In this document: positions 48,991 to 59,721 of the stretch, in pieces
How the letters are laid out: each line of letters starts with the position of its first letter
Numbering within the stretch: the stretch's first letter is position 1
From: Halorutilales archaeon Cl-col2-1
Lineage (GTDB): Archaea > Halobacteriota > Halobacteria > Halobacteriales > Afararchaeaceae
Assembly (NCBI GenBank): GCA_041891055.1
Contig: CP169074.1
Location: 1,216,001 to 1,280,000, forward strand
Direction of reading: 5' to 3'
DNA length: 64,000 nt
Position numbers and translations under genes: made by a program
Notes under the pieces: model-generated
Databases searched by the model: none
Seen by the model: only the letters and a program-made list of their open reading frames with translations
Told to the model about the DNA's origin: nothing

Positions 48991-51525
48991 CTACCGCCTC
49001 AGCCAGCCGAGGAACGAGTAGTCAGTGTGGGGGTCGTAACGCCTAAATAGAAGACTGTTCGAGAGAACCGAGACGCTCGAAAACGCCATAGCCCCCGCGG
49101 CGAGGACGGGCTGGAGAAGGCCGAGGGACGCGAGGGGTATCATCGCCGTGTTGTATCCGAGCGCCCAGAAGAGGTTCTGTCTGATCTTCGAGAGTGTAGC
49201 TTCTGAGACACGGAGAGCCTTGACGACGTCGAGGGGGTCGTCTCTCATGAGTGTTATGTCGCCCGCCTCTATCGCGACGTCGGTTCCGCTTCCTATCGCA
49301 GTCCCGACGTAGGCAGCAGCGAGAGCAGGGGCGTCGTTGACACCGTCGCCGACCATCATAACACGTCTACCGTCGGACTGTATCTCCGAGACGACCTCTT
49401 CCTTCTCGTCGGGGAGTACGTCGGCGTGGACGTCGTCGGTATCTATGCCGACCTCGTCGGCGACGGCGTGTGCAGTACGTGGGTTGTCGCCCGTGATCAT
49501 CATGACGTCGAGATCTCTCTCAAGCAGACTCTCTACGGCTTCCTTCGAGGACTCCTTGACTGTGTCGGAGACTCCGACGACACCTATGAGGCGTCCTTCG
49601 AGGGCAACCATGACCGCAGTCTTGCCCTCATTTTCGAGCCTCTCGGCGGTCTCTTCTCCGGCGGAGACATCTATCCCGTTGTTCTCCATATGTCTCCTGT
49701 TTCCGAGGACTACCTCGCCCTCGTTGGTCTCGGCGTGGAGACCGTGTCCGGGGACGTTCTCGAAGCTCTCGGGTTCGTCGAACTCGACACCTCTGTCCTC
49801 GGCACCCTCGACGACCGCGCGTCCTATGGGATGTTCACTACCTGTCTCCGCGGTCGCGGCGAGTCGGACGACGTCTTCGTCGTCGTACTCGTCGACGACC
49901 TCCAAGCCGCCGTCTCCCACCGCGGAAGAGTCCGAGACGGGAACTACGTCGGTCAGACTCATCTCTCCCCGAGTGAGAGTCCCTGTCTTGTCGAAGACTA
50001 CTGTGTCGACGTCTTTGGCTCTCTCCAAGACGTCACCGCCTTTGAAGAGGACGCCGTTCCTCGCTCCTATTCCCGTCCCAACCATAGTCGCCGCGGGGGT
50101 CGCGAGACCGAGTGCGCACGGACATGCTATCAGGACTGCGGAGGCGAAGACTATCACGGCGAACTCGAAGACAGAGACTGCGGCGGGTCCACCGCCGACG
50201 AGTCCCCAGAGAGGAAGCGCGGCGACGAAGCCCGCAAGTGTTTCGGGGAAGACGTACCACGCCGTACCCCAGATGACCGCGTTGAGTATCACTATGGGAA
50301 CGAAGTAGGCACTTATCCTGTCGGCGACGTTCTGTATCTCGGGCTGTCTCGACTGGGCTTCCTTCACGGTCGAGACTATCTGCTGAATAGCGGTGTCGTC
50401 CCCGACCTTAGTCGCCTCGACTCTCAGGACACCGTTCTTGTTGACGGTCGATCCCACGACATCGTCGCCCTCCGACTTCTCGACGGGAACCGACTCACCC
50501 GTTACCATCGCCTCGTCAACTGCGCTCTTGCCCTCGATCACGGTTCCGTCGGTAGGTATCTTCTCACCCGGACGTACTTTCATCACGTCGCCGACCTCGA
50601 CCTCATCGAGAGGAACCTCGGTTTCGTCTCCGCCTCTCACGACAGTCGCGGTGTCAGCTTCGAGTTCGAGGAGGCTTCTGAGGGCGTCACCCGCCTGTCT
50701 CTTAGCTCTAGCTTCGAGGTAGTTTCCGAGTGTGATGAAGACGAGTATGAGAGCGGCAGTGTCGAAGTATAGGCCGCCCGTGATGAGGTCGAGAAGTACG
50801 GCTATGGAGTAGAAGTAGGCTGTCGAGGAGCCGAGTGCAATCAGGACGTCCATGTTCGCAGTCCTGTTCCTCACGAGGGCGTTGTACGAGTTGACGTAGA
50901 ACTCCTTTCCGAGGACAGCCTGGACGGGGGTGGCGAGTCCGAAGGCTATCCAGCCCGTCGGAATGCCGAGGACTGTCTCAGGGAGACCCACTGAGAGTTC
51001 GACGACGAGCATGAGTAGGAGGGGCACAGCGAACGACGCGCCGAAGAGAACGAGTCTGAGCTTTCTCTCGACCTCGGCGGTCTGTGATCCGTTCTCGTCG
51101 GTGCCATCGCCGTCGGATCTCACGGGTTCGTACCCTGCCTTCTCGACCGCGTCGTATACCTCGTCGACGCCGGCGTCCATGGGGTTATACTCGACTCTCG
51201 CCTCGTCGGTGGCGTAGTTGACGTCGATGTCTATGACTCCCGAGACGTCACCCACAGACTCCTCGACAGTCTCAGCACAGTTGGCACACGACATCCCGCG
51301 TATATCGACGGTTCGCGTCCGTCTAACGGGGTCGTAGCCCGCCCTTTCGACTGCGTCGTAGATCTCAGAGAGGGTGACCTTCTCGGGGTCGTACTCGACT
51401 GTCCCCTCGTCGGTGGCGTAATTTATGTTGGCGTCGTCGATCCCGTCAAGTGAGGAGATCCCCTCTGCGACTGCCTGTGAACAGTTGGCACAGCTCATGC
51501 CCTCGATACGGAGATTAGCCTTCAT
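48991..51525 (-). CDS. copA: Cu(I)-translocating P1B-type ATPase
   Basis: Two GMSCANC HMA domains, TGES, CPC, DKTGT, SEHP, GDGVND, YN. Confidence 0.95.
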   Translation of the reverse strand: MKANLRIEGMSCANCSQAVAEGISSLDGIDDANINYATDEGTVEYDPEKVTLSEIYDAVERAGYDPVRRTRTVDIRGMSCANCAETVEESVGDVSGVIDIDVNYATDEARVEYNPMDAGVDEVYDAVEKAGYEPVRSDGDGTDENGSQTAEVERKLRLVLFGASFAVPLLLMLVVELSVGLPETVLGIPTGWIAFGLATPVQAVLGKEFYVNSYNALVRNRTANMDVLIALGSSTAYFYSIAVLLDLITGGLYFDTAALILVFITLGNYLEARAKRQAGDALRSLLELEADTATVVRGGDETEVPLDEVEVGDVMKVRPGEKIPTDGTVIEGKSAVDEAMVTGESVPVEKSEGDDVVGSTVNKNGVLRVEATKVGDDTAIQQIVSTVKEAQSRQPEIQNVADRISAYFVPIVILNAVIWGTAWYVFPETLAGFVAALPLWGLVGGGPAAVSVFEFAVIVFASAVLIACPCALGLATPAATMVGTGIGARNGVLFKGGDVLERAKDVDTVVFDKTGTLTRGEMSLTDVVPVSDSSAVGDGGLEVVDEYDDEDVVRLAATAETGSEHPIGRAVVEGAEDRGVEFDEPESFENVPGHGLHAETNEGEVVLGNRRHMENNGIDVSAGEETAERLENEGKTAVMVALEGRLIGVVGVSDTVKESSKEAVESLLERDLDVMMITGDNPRTAHAVADEVGIDTDDVHADVLPDEKEEVVSEIQSDGRRVMMVGDGVNDAPALAAAYVGTAIGSGTDVAIEAGDITLMRDDPLDVVKALRVSEATLSKIRQNLFWALGYNTAMIPLASLGLLQPVLAAGAMAFSSVSVLSNSLLFRRYDPHTDYSFLGWLRR

Positions 51526-51609
51526 ACTCTGAGTACGTGACTCAGATTCAACCGTCTTTCGGCTAAAAAAGTTAAGTAAAACCCGCTCCTAAGCACGGAT
51601 TCTTAGGTG

Positions 51610-52194
51610 TCAAGCTCCCTCTCTTAGCCTCTCGTACCTCTCCTCGAAGGATGACTCACACGATGGACAGCAGAAGTGGTAGGTATCGCCGTCTATCGTA
51701 ACCGACTCTCCCTCGGACGTCACCGTGTTGCCACATTCGTCACAGCTGAGTGCGAGGGTAGCGTCACCCACTCCGGGGCTCGAAGCCGTGTCGATCAGGA
51801 GGCTGACTTCGTAGTCCTCGATCCCCTCGACCGACGAGGCTATCTCGCTGACTCTCTCGGGACTCGTAGTCGCCGTGAAGACGACGCGTGAGTCGGCGGT
51901 CGTGTAGAGATCGTCTGTCTCGTCGAAAGCACGTAAGACGTCGGCAGCGTCACGTGTGTCGGCGTTGGCTTCGAGGTAGAGATCCACGAGCACACGCACC
52001 CCCTCGTCGAGGAGAGACCTATCGAGGTCGACTGTGAACCGTCTTACGACCCCTATCTCTTTCAGGCGGTCGATCCGGTCGGAGACCGCAGGAGGCGACA
52101 GGCCCACCTCGTCGGCAATCTCGCTGTAAGGACGTCTCGCGTCTTCTAAGAGTAGGTCGAGTATCTTCAGGTCGGTATCGTCTATGCCGCGCAT
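51610..52194 (-). CDS. Lrp/AsnC regulator with C-terminal TRASH metal-binding domain (CopR-like)
   Basis: DARRPYSEIA..VGLS.PAVSDR; CDECG...YHFCCPSC; start 52194. Confidence 0.9.
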   Translation of the reverse strand: MRGIDDTDLKILDLLLEDARRPYSEIADEVGLSPPAVSDRIDRLKEIGVVRRFTVDLDRSLLDEGVRVLVDLYLEANADTRDAADVLRAFDETDDLYTTADSRVVFTATTSPERVSEIASSVEGIEDYEVSLLIDTASSPGVGDATLALSCDECGNTVTSEGESVTIDGDTYHFCCPSCESSFEERYERLREGA

Positions 52195-52213
52195 ACTGTG
52201 GCTTGGTCCGATC

Positions 52214-52408
52214 CTAAGCGACCTCGTACCCGGCTTCCCTGACAGCGCCCTCAACGGCTCCGAGATCAAAGTCGCCGTCTACCTCGACTACTCCGTCCTC
52301 GTGGTTAGCGGTGACATCGGTGACACCGTCGATATCACCCACGGATTCCTCGACGTTCTCCTCACATCCGTCACAAGCCATTCCCTCGACTGTAAGCTTC
52401 TGTACCAT
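52214..52408 (-). CDS. copZ: Copper chaperone (HMA domain)
   Basis: VEGMACDGCE...AGY. Confidence 0.9.
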   Translation of the reverse strand: MVQKLTVEGMACDGCEENVEESVGDIDGVTDVTANHEDGVVEVDGDFDLGAVEGAVREAGYEVA

Positions 52409-52444
52409 ACTCCGGGTAAGGCTCGGTACCGGAAAACGGTTGTG

Positions 52445-53605
52445 CTACTCCGTCTCAGAGACCGGCTTACGGAGGGTCAAAACGAACTCAGCACCTCCCA
52501 AGTCGCTGTCTCCGACCTCGATGTCTCCGCCGTACCTCTCGACCATCCGCCTGGCGTAGCCGAGTCCTATTCCGGCTCCCTCACTGTCCTCGCCCGAGAA
52601 TCCCATCTCAAATATCCTGTCCTTGATAGAGTCAGAGACCCCGTGTCCGTCGTCAGAGATAATGACGGAGATCTCGTCGTCGGTCTTGTCTGTCGATAGA
52701 CGTACGTTTACGTCACCCTCGTTGTGGAAGCCGGCGTTAGTAACGAGGTTACTCAGGACTGACGAGAGCATGCCGTCGGCTACTACGGCTGTCTCGAAGT
52801 CGTCAGGATCGTACTCGACAGAGAGGTTTTCGTAGTCGTCGGCGTCGTCGACAGCCTCCTCGACCTGTTCGATGAGTGAAACCCGACGTGTCTCAGGCTC
52901 ATGTCGGGTTCCTCTCACAAGGCTGTGTGTCTTCGTGAGGACGTGGTCGGCGGACTCTACCGAGTCGAGGAGAGACCCGACCGAATCGTCGTCGGGATAT
53001 CTCTCGGACAGCCTGCGCGCGTGGCTCTCTATCGAGTCGAGCTTGTTACGCAGGTCGTGTCTCAGAAGTGCATCGTAGGTCTGTATGACTTCCTTCCGTC
53101 TCTCAAGCTCGTCCATCGACCTTATATTGCTTATCGCGGTTCCGGCATGCGAGGCAAGTATTTCGAGAAGGTGAACCCCCTCGCTCTCGTCGTCGAGGCT
53201 GGCACTCTCATATCCGTCTGTGTCGTCCTCGGAGACTGTCTCTATTACCCCGACTACGTCGTCAGCGACTGTGACCGGGACTGCTACGACCACCTCAGCG
53301 TCAGAGTAGACCGAGACGTCGATATCGTCGCCTGATACGACGACTGAGTCTTTCGTCTCGTAAGCCTCACTCGCGACGGCTTCGTGTTCGTCGCCCCTCT
53401 CGACACGGTCTGTCGTGGTGTCTACGACCCTCAGAGATCCATCAGTGGGCTCGACGTATGTCGTGTGTGTGAATCCTATTAGGTTCTCAGTAGCCTCTAT
53501 GCTCAGACTCACGACATCGTCCTCCGACGAGCTCTGGTTGAGAACCCTGGCGTAATGGTTGAGGTCGGCAACCTTGTTCTCGAACTCGGATCTGTGTTTC
53601 GACAT
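52445..53605 (-). CDS. GAF-domain sensor histidine kinase
   Basis: LRHDLRN H-box, NLVTNA, DDGHG, GIGL. Confidence 0.9.
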   Translation of the reverse strand: MSKHRSEFENKVADLNHYARVLNQSSSEDDVVSLSIEATENLIGFTHTTYVEPTDGSLRVVDTTTDRVERGDEHEAVASEAYETKDSVVVSGDDIDVSVYSDAEVVVAVPVTVADDVVGVIETVSEDDTDGYESASLDDESEGVHLLEILASHAGTAISNIRSMDELERRKEVIQTYDALLRHDLRNKLDSIESHARRLSERYPDDDSVGSLLDSVESADHVLTKTHSLVRGTRHEPETRRVSLIEQVEEAVDDADDYENLSVEYDPDDFETAVVADGMLSSVLSNLVTNAGFHNEGDVNVRLSTDKTDDEISVIISDDGHGVSDSIKDRIFEMGFSGEDSEGAGIGLGYARRMVERYGGDIEVGDSDLGGAEFVLTLRKPVSETE

Positions 53606-53687
53606 CTGGTCTTCGTACTTACGTGGAGGCACTTATAAAACAGGGTGGAAGCAAAATTCTTTTGCTCAAGAGGGGAGTCTCTCAGAT

Positions 53688-54314
53688 GTGAACGTACGTG
53701 TACGTGTGGTCGACTACGGTCTCGGGAACCTCAGAAGCGTCAGTAAGGGTCTCGAACGCGCGGGCGCAGACATCGAGATCACCGACAGTCCGGCTGAGAT
53801 AGACGAAGCCGACGCTCTCGTCCTCCCCGGAGTCGGCGCGTTCAGAGAGGGAATGGAGGAGTTGGAGAGGCTACGGGGAGCCGTCGAGGACGCAGCCGAC
53901 GACACCCCGATCCTGGGAATCTGTCTCGGGATGCAGATGCTTCTGACTGAGAGCGAGGAGGGGTCGGAGTCGGGGTCAGTCGAGGGTCTAGATCTCATAC
54001 CCGGAAGGGTGGTGCGTTTCCCAGACGACGTCGGTAAGATTCCCCACATGGGATGGAACAGCCTGAGAGTCGAGAGGAAACACCCGGTCGTCTCGGGGAT
54101 AGAAGACGGCTCTCACGTCTACTTCGTCCACTCGTACTACGCCGACGCGGGATCCGACTCTACTGTGGCTTCGACCGAGTACGGCGTCGAGTTCTCGTCT
54201 GTCGTGGCGAACGAGAGAGGGAACGTAGTCGGGACACAGTTCCATCCCGAGAAGAGCGGCGATGTGGGCCTCAGTATACTCAAGAACTTCGTCGAGTACT
54301 CCGAGGAGTACTGA
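53688..54314 (+). CDS. hisH: Imidazole glycerol phosphate synthase glutaminase subunit
   Basis: DYGLGNLRSV, PGVGAF, GICLGMQ, PHMGWN, YFVHSY, QFHPEKS; GTG start inferred. Confidence 0.95.
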   Translation: MNVRVRVVDYGLGNLRSVSKGLERAGADIEITDSPAEIDEADALVLPGVGAFREGMEELERLRGAVEDAADDTPILGICLGMQMLLTESEEGSESGSVEGLDLIPGRVVRFPDDVGKIPHMGWNSLRVERKHPVVSGIEDGSHVYFVHSYYADAGSDSTVASTEYGVEFSSVVANERGNVVGTQFHPEKSGDVGLSILKNFVEYSEEY

Positions 54315-54335
54315 GATCTCAGAGGTAGAACTGAA

Positions 54336-55820
54336 TTGACGGGGGAGACTGAGGGAGTCACCGTAACCGAGAGACGGACTGCGACCCTCGGGGTTCTTCT
54401 GGGAATCTTCCTCGCGGGAATAGAGGGAACTGTAGTGAGCACGGCGATGCCGACAGTCGTGAAGTCACTCGGAGGACTCGAACTCTACTCGTGGGTCTTC
54501 GCTTCCTACATGCTATTCGCGGCGGTCTCGATGCCCGTACTCGGGAAGCTGTCTGACATATACGGTAGGAAGAGGCTCTTCGTCGCGGGAGTTGTTGTCT
54601 TCGTCGCGGGAAGTGCCCTCTCGGGGCTTTCGAGGAGCATGACACAGCTTATACTCTTTAGATGCCTCCAGGGGATAGGCGGCGGGGCGATGTTCTCGAT
54701 ACCCTACACGATCTTCGGTGTGATATACCCGCCCGAGAAGAGGGGGAATGCGATAGGATACGGCAGCGCAGTATGGGGAATTTCGAGCGTGATAGGTCCC
54801 CTTCTTGGATACGGCGTTGTGACCTACCTCGGATGGCGGTGGGTCTTCTACCTCAGTCTTCCCGTGGGTGCTGCGGCGATAGCCCTCGTGTCGTACTCGC
54901 TCGAAGAGACAACAGGGGAGGCTGAGTCGGTCGACTACCCGGGGGCTTTCGCCCTCGTTGTCGGGGTCGGATCGTTCCTACTTGGACTCGAGTTCGTGGG
55001 GAGCGGAGCCGAAGCGGATGTCGGCGGAATCTCGGTGGGACTCCTAGGTGTCTCAGTCGTCTCGGTAGCCGGATTCTACTTAGCCGAGAAGAGAGCGCGT
55101 GAGCCGCTTCTATCGCTATCACTCTTCTCAGACGGCGTCTTCGTGGCGACGAACACCGTAGCGTTTCTGACGAGCTTCACAGTCTTCGCCGCGATAGCAT
55201 ACGTACCTCTCTTCGTACAGAGCATGAGGGGAGGGGCGGGAAGCGCGGCACTCGCAGTCTTTCCTATCTCACTCGGCTGGTCGGGGACGAGCGTCTTAGC
55301 GGGAAGGCTCGTCAGCCGCGTGGGGGAGAGACGTCTTGCGACGTTCGGTGGAGTGGTCATGACGGTCGGCTTCGCGGGAGCGTCTTTCTGGAGCATCGAC
55401 ACGTCACTGCCCGTCGTGATGGCGACTGTCTTCGTAATGGGCGTCGGTATGGGAAGCATCACGGTTCCTCTCCTCACGTCGATACAGAACCATCTCGGGA
55501 AGGAGAAGATGGGTCTGGCGACTTCGTCACAGCAGTTCTTCAGGAACCTCGGCGGAACTGTGGGAGTCTCAGTCCTCGGATTCGTAATGACTCTCACAAT
55601 GCGTGACAGCCTTCAATCCGTCGAGGGTGTCTCGGGGATCGGCGAGATACAGCGTCTCCTTCTCGGAAACGGCTCGCCTCCCGACGAGGTGGTTCCCATA
55701 CTTACTCAGAGCCTCGTGAGGGTCTTCACAGTCTCAGTGGTAATCTGTGTCATTGCGGTCGTCGTGGCGAGAAGACTCCCCGTCGACTCAGTCAGGGGAG
55801 AGTCCGACGAAAGTAGGTAG
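54336..55820 (+). CDS. MFS drug-efflux-type transporter (14 TM)
   Basis: GKLSDIYGRK, RCLQGIGGG, LGWRWVF. Confidence 0.9.
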   Translation: MTGETEGVTVTERRTATLGVLLGIFLAGIEGTVVSTAMPTVVKSLGGLELYSWVFASYMLFAAVSMPVLGKLSDIYGRKRLFVAGVVVFVAGSALSGLSRSMTQLILFRCLQGIGGGAMFSIPYTIFGVIYPPEKRGNAIGYGSAVWGISSVIGPLLGYGVVTYLGWRWVFYLSLPVGAAAIALVSYSLEETTGEAESVDYPGAFALVVGVGSFLLGLEFVGSGAEADVGGISVGLLGVSVVSVAGFYLAEKRAREPLLSLSLFSDGVFVATNTVAFLTSFTVFAAIAYVPLFVQSMRGGAGSAALAVFPISLGWSGTSVLAGRLVSRVGERRLATFGGVVMTVGFAGASFWSIDTSLPVVMATVFVMGVGMGSITVPLLTSIQNHLGKEKMGLATSSQQFFRNLGGTVGVSVLGFVMTLTMRDSLQSVEGVSGIGEIQRLLLGNGSPPDEVVPILTQSLVRVFTVSVVICVIAVVVARRLPVDSVRGESDESR

Positions 55821-55848
55821 TAGAAGAAGGACTAAAGACAGTCCTAGG

Positions 55849-56736
55849 ATGTCACACAGACTCAGATTCCACATAGTAGACGTCTTCGCCGAGAGAAAGT
55901 ACTCGGGAAACCAGCTTGCGGTGGTCAAGGACGACGGGTCGCTCTCCGACGACGATATGCAACGTATCGCTCGGGAGTTCGGATACTCCGAGACGACATT
56001 TATCGAGTCCGACGTCAAGGACGGAGCGTACGACGTCCGTATATTCACACCCGAGGAGGAGATTCCCTTTGCGGGACATCCGACGCTCGGGACGGCTCAC
56101 GTGATACGGGAGGGGGTGGAAGAGAAGCCTCAAACTGAAACCCTTCTGAACCTCGGGGTCGGCGAGATACGGGTCGACGCAGAGTTCGAGGACGGAAACG
56201 AGATCCTCTGGATGTCTCAGAAATCGCCCGACTTCGGACGTGAGTTCAGAAGAGAGGAAGCCGCCGAGGCTCTGGGTTTGAACTCAGACGAGATAGACAA
56301 CAGTTATCCCGTCGAGTACGTGTCGACTGGTCTTCCGACTGTGGTAGTCCCACTGCGGAGCATCGACGCCCTAAAGCGAGTATCCGTGAACCGCACCGCC
56401 TACGACAGCTTCGTCTCAGGACACGACGCTAAGAACATACTCGCTTTCTGTCCCGAGACCCGGAGTGACGAGAACGACGTCTCCGTGCGTGTCTTCGCGC
56501 CGTTCTACGGCGTTCCGGAGGATCCCGCTACGGGAAGCTCAAACGGCTGTCTCGCGGGATATCTACTTCGTCATAACTACTTCGGGAGTGAAATCATAGA
56601 CGTCCGTGTGGAACAGGGACACGAGATACAGCGTCCATCACTACTACGTCTGCGTAGTTCTGTGAGCCAGGACGGAATAGAGGTAAGAGTTGGTGGACAG
56701 ACAGTTACGGTCGCAGAGGGAGAGCTTTTAGTTTAG
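55849..56736 (+). CDS. PhzF family isomerase
   Basis: VDVF....GNQLAV, SETTF, RIFTP..E.PFAGHPT, EDPATGS. Confidence 0.92.
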   Translation: MSHRLRFHIVDVFAERKYSGNQLAVVKDDGSLSDDDMQRIAREFGYSETTFIESDVKDGAYDVRIFTPEEEIPFAGHPTLGTAHVIREGVEEKPQTETLLNLGVGEIRVDAEFEDGNEILWMSQKSPDFGREFRREEAAEALGLNSDEIDNSYPVEYVSTGLPTVVVPLRSIDALKRVSVNRTAYDSFVSGHDAKNILAFCPETRSDENDVSVRVFAPFYGVPEDPATGSSNGCLAGYLLRHNYFGSEIIDVRVEQGHEIQRPSLLRLRSSVSQDGIEVRVGGQTVTVAEGELLV

Positions 56737-56740
56737 GTGG

Positions 56741-57238
56741 GTGAGAATGGAGAAGATCAACCAGGACGACGTCGACTGGAAGGATTACGAAAACGGTGAG
56801 TCGGAGTTCCGCAGAAAAGAGCTATCGAACTCAGTCGAGTCTGAGAAACTAGGGTGTAGCCTATACGAACTTCCTCCAGGGAAACAGTCTTGGCCCTACC
56901 ATTACCATACTGCGAATGAGGAGGCTATCTTCGTTTTAGAGGGAGAGGGACAGCTTCGTGCCGAGGGTGGGAAGCACTCGTTGGAGAAGGGTGACTTCGT
57001 GACACTTCCAGCTAATAGTAGTGGTGGACATACTGTATTCAACGACAGCGACCGGAAAATACGGTACTTGATGGTGTCCACGATGAACGAGCCCGACGTG
57101 ACTGTGTACCCAAAGATGGAGAAGCTGGGTATTTTCGTGGGCGATCCACCCGGAGGTAGGAGTGAGGACGGGCGCGATCTCCACGGCTTCTATAAGATCG
57201 ACGACGACGTCAGTTACTGGGGCGAAGATGGGGACTGA
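56741..57238 (+). CDS. Cupin domain protein
   Basis: PPGK.SWPYHYH..NEE.IFVLEG, H.V.N. Confidence 0.88.
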   Translation: MRMEKINQDDVDWKDYENGESEFRRKELSNSVESEKLGCSLYELPPGKQSWPYHYHTANEEAIFVLEGEGQLRAEGGKHSLEKGDFVTLPANSSGGHTVFNDSDRKIRYLMVSTMNEPDVTVYPKMEKLGIFVGDPPGGRSEDGRDLHGFYKIDDDVSYWGEDGD

Positions 57239-57286
57239 TACTCAAGGACAGAGCCACCGGGTCGAATAGGAGTACTACATCTATAA

Positions 57287-58198
57287 ATGTCGTCGGCTCC
57301 AGTCTCAGTATCAGTAGTGATGAGTGAATCCAAGCCCGAGGAGATAGCCCAGGTTAAGACGTCACTCTCGGACAAGACAGCCGTAGTCACCGGATCGACG
57401 AGGGGAATAGGACGTGAGACGGCTCTCAGCCTCGGACGTCTCGGGGCGGACGTCGTAGTTCACGGAAGGGACAGCGAGAGGGGAAAAGAAGTCGTCGACT
57501 CGGTCGGCGCGCTCGACAACGGAGCGTCGGCGGAGTTCGTGAGAGCCGACTTCTCGGAGGCATCGGAGGTCAAGTCCTTCGCCGAAGAACTGCGTAAATA
57601 TGGCTGCGTCGACATACTCGTCAACAACGCCGGAGGCTACTTCCGCGACGCCGAAACGGTCGACTGGAGAGGTACTCAGGTCAGCCGTACAGTCGCAGTC
57701 AACCATCTCGCTCCCTTCGTGGTAGTCGCCGAGCTATCGGAGAGTATAGAAGGTCGTGTCATCAACACGGCGTCTGAGGCACACAGGGACGCAAGCCTCA
57801 ATGTCTCGAAGTTCGAGTCCCCCGAAGCAGGATGGTCGGCGTACTGCCGTTCGAAGCTCGCAAACGTGCTCTTCACGAGGAGTCTTGACAGACGCATCGA
57901 AGACTTGGGTGTCTACTCAGCACATCCTGGAGTCGTGCTCGGAAGTGGTCTCTGGAGGGCATTCCCCTCAGTACTACGGAGAGGTGCTAAGATACTATCG
58001 CCTCTCTTCGACTCGCCGGAGAATGCAGCCTCAAACCTCGTGTATCTCGCGGCGAAGGAAGACGTTCCCGACGGCTATTACTTCAAAAACAGAAAGCCGT
58101 CGAAGCCATCACGCGAAGCCCGGAGCGACGAGAACGCAAGACAGCTCTGGGAGTGGAGCCGCGAACTAACCCAAAAGGGGACGGATAATACCTCGTGA
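57287..58198 (+). CDS. Short-chain dehydrogenase/reductase
   Basis: TGSTRGIG, NNAG, YCRSK, HPG.V. Confidence 0.9.
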   Translation: MSSAPVSVSVVMSESKPEEIAQVKTSLSDKTAVVTGSTRGIGRETALSLGRLGADVVVHGRDSERGKEVVDSVGALDNGASAEFVRADFSEASEVKSFAEELRKYGCVDILVNNAGGYFRDAETVDWRGTQVSRTVAVNHLAPFVVVAELSESIEGRVINTASEAHRDASLNVSKFESPEAGWSAYCRSKLANVLFTRSLDRRIEDLGVYSAHPGVVLGSGLWRAFPSVLRRGAKILSPLFDSPENAASNLVYLAAKEDVPDGYYFKNRKPSKPSREARSDENARQLWEWSRELTQKGTDNTS

Positions 58199-58237
58199 TC
58201 CAGAAATGCTTTCAGCAACTAAGCCTGATTCTCCAAC

Positions 58238-58702
58238 ATGGAGTTCAGCATAGACGGTCCTTCTGGAAGATTACAGACGGTCTTACTGCTTCTACTCGGG
58301 ATTGCGTCAGTGGGATACGGAGCGTACAGCTACAACGTCCAGTCGTCGGCTCTCGACTCAGGGGTGGAGGTCGAAGCGACTCTAAACTCGACCTCGGTGG
58401 AGGAGGTGTCACAGAGACGGGGTGTGGGCTACGTTCCCCGTGCGACCTTGACTTACAGATACGACGGCAAGGAGTACAGTTCTTCGAATGTATACCCCGG
58501 GGAGCTACCCAGGGAGTTCGATACCGAGGACGCCGCCGAGTCCGTCCTCGACGGATATGATACGGGAGACACGGTGACAGCGTACGTTCCGCCTGAGTCG
58601 CCCGACGACGCCTACATCAAGCACGAGAGCAGTAATAAGCCGTTTCTGATAATCGGCATCGGCGTCTTGTTCGTCGTGGGAGGAGTCCGGTCATTTCTTT
58701 AG
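58238..58702 (+). CDS. DUF3592-like membrane protein
   Basis: TM - beta domain (Y.Y.GKEY, G..V.AYV.P..P..A) - TM. Confidence 0.75.
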   Translation: MEFSIDGPSGRLQTVLLLLLGIASVGYGAYSYNVQSSALDSGVEVEATLNSTSVEEVSQRRGVGYVPRATLTYRYDGKEYSSSNVYPGELPREFDTEDAAESVLDGYDTGDTVTAYVPPESPDDAYIKHESSNKPFLIIGIGVLFVVGGVRSFL

Positions 58703-59670
58703 CTACTTCCGTCTGTCGGTAGGTTAGGGTCGAACTCAAACTCGGGTAGTCTCTCCTCTATCACGTCACGCCTGTCTTCGAGCCAGTCGGGAAGCACGAG
58801 CCGGCTTCCGAGACTCTTGACGTCCTCGTCGACTGTGAATCCGGGGTCCTCGGTTGCGACCTCGAAGAGAATCCCGCCCGGCTCACGGCAGTATATCGAG
58901 TTGAAGTACTTCCGATCCACTTTACGAGTCACGTTTAGACCGTGGTCAGCAAAGGCGTCGCGGAACTCTTCGAGCTCTCCGTCGTCGGATGCTCTGAAAG
59001 CGACGTGCTGAACCACTCCGATACCCATACGTCCGCTTTCGTCGTCGGTTTCGACGACGTCTACTACCGACCCCATTCCGTCGTCTTGTGTTGAGTAACG
59101 CCGTCTACCTCCGGACTCGTCTTCGAGTGAGTAACCCAGTACGTCGGTGAGAACCGAGACGGTCGGGCCGAACTCCTCGACCGCGAGAGTTACACTGTGG
59201 AAGCCACGTAGCTGGTGTTCGACGGGTACAGGACTCCCCTCCCACGGCTCGGCGTCGGTCTCCGTATCGCTGGCGACGAGTTCGAGACTGACACCGTCGG
59301 GGTCGGTGAAGCCGAGAACCGGATCACCGAATCTTTCGATATGGTCGACTTTCACCCCCTTAGATTCGAGACGTTCCTCCCAGTAGCCGACTGAGTCCGA
59401 CGGTATCACGTAGGCGACCGTCTCAGCCTGTCCCGCTCCATTCCTACCAGGGAGTCGGTTAGCTAAGAGAGGAAAGAAACTGATGTTGGTTCCGGGTGTA
59501 CCCTTTCGGTCACCGAAGTAGAAGTGGTAGATGTCGGTGTCGTCGTGGTTCACGGTGCGTTTGACGAAACGGAGTCCGACTATGTTGACGTAGAACTCTG
59601 CGTTGGGTTCGGGATCACCTGCTGTCACTGTCACGTGGTGAAGACCCGATGTCGTGGGTTTGGATGTCAC
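58699..59670 (-). CDS. Ring-cleaving dioxygenase / VOC glyoxalase (MhqO-like)
   Basis: GLHHVT, TVNHDD..YHFYFG, HVAF, DRKYF.SIY.REPGGILFE. Confidence 0.9.
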   Translation of the reverse strand: MTSKPTTSGLHHVTVTAGDPEPNAEFYVNIVGLRFVKRTVNHDDTDIYHFYFGDRKGTPGTNISFFPLLANRLPGRNGAGQAETVAYVIPSDSVGYWEERLESKGVKVDHIERFGDPVLGFTDPDGVSLELVASDTETDAEPWEGSPVPVEHQLRGFHSVTLAVEEFGPTVSVLTDVLGYSLEDESGGRRRYSTQDDGMGSVVDVVETDDESGRMGIGVVQHVAFRASDDGELEEFRDAFADHGLNVTRKVDRKYFNSIYCREPGGILFEVATEDPGFTVDEDVKSLGSRLVLPDWLEDRRDVIEERLPEFEFDPNLPTDGSS

Positions 59671-59721
59671 GGACTGTGTACAGACCGTAAGAGTATCCGT
59701 CTTGTGGACACCGGAGAGAGG

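Noticed and set aside
49337-50772. Long plus-strand ORFs (323 and 448 aa) opposite copA, and similar shadow ORFs elsewhere
   Set aside because: Antisense frames kept open by high-GC codon bias; no motifs, and they fully overlap confident genes.
48991-52408. copZ-regulator-copA cluster as a novelty
   Set aside because: Standard haloarchaeal copper efflux module.
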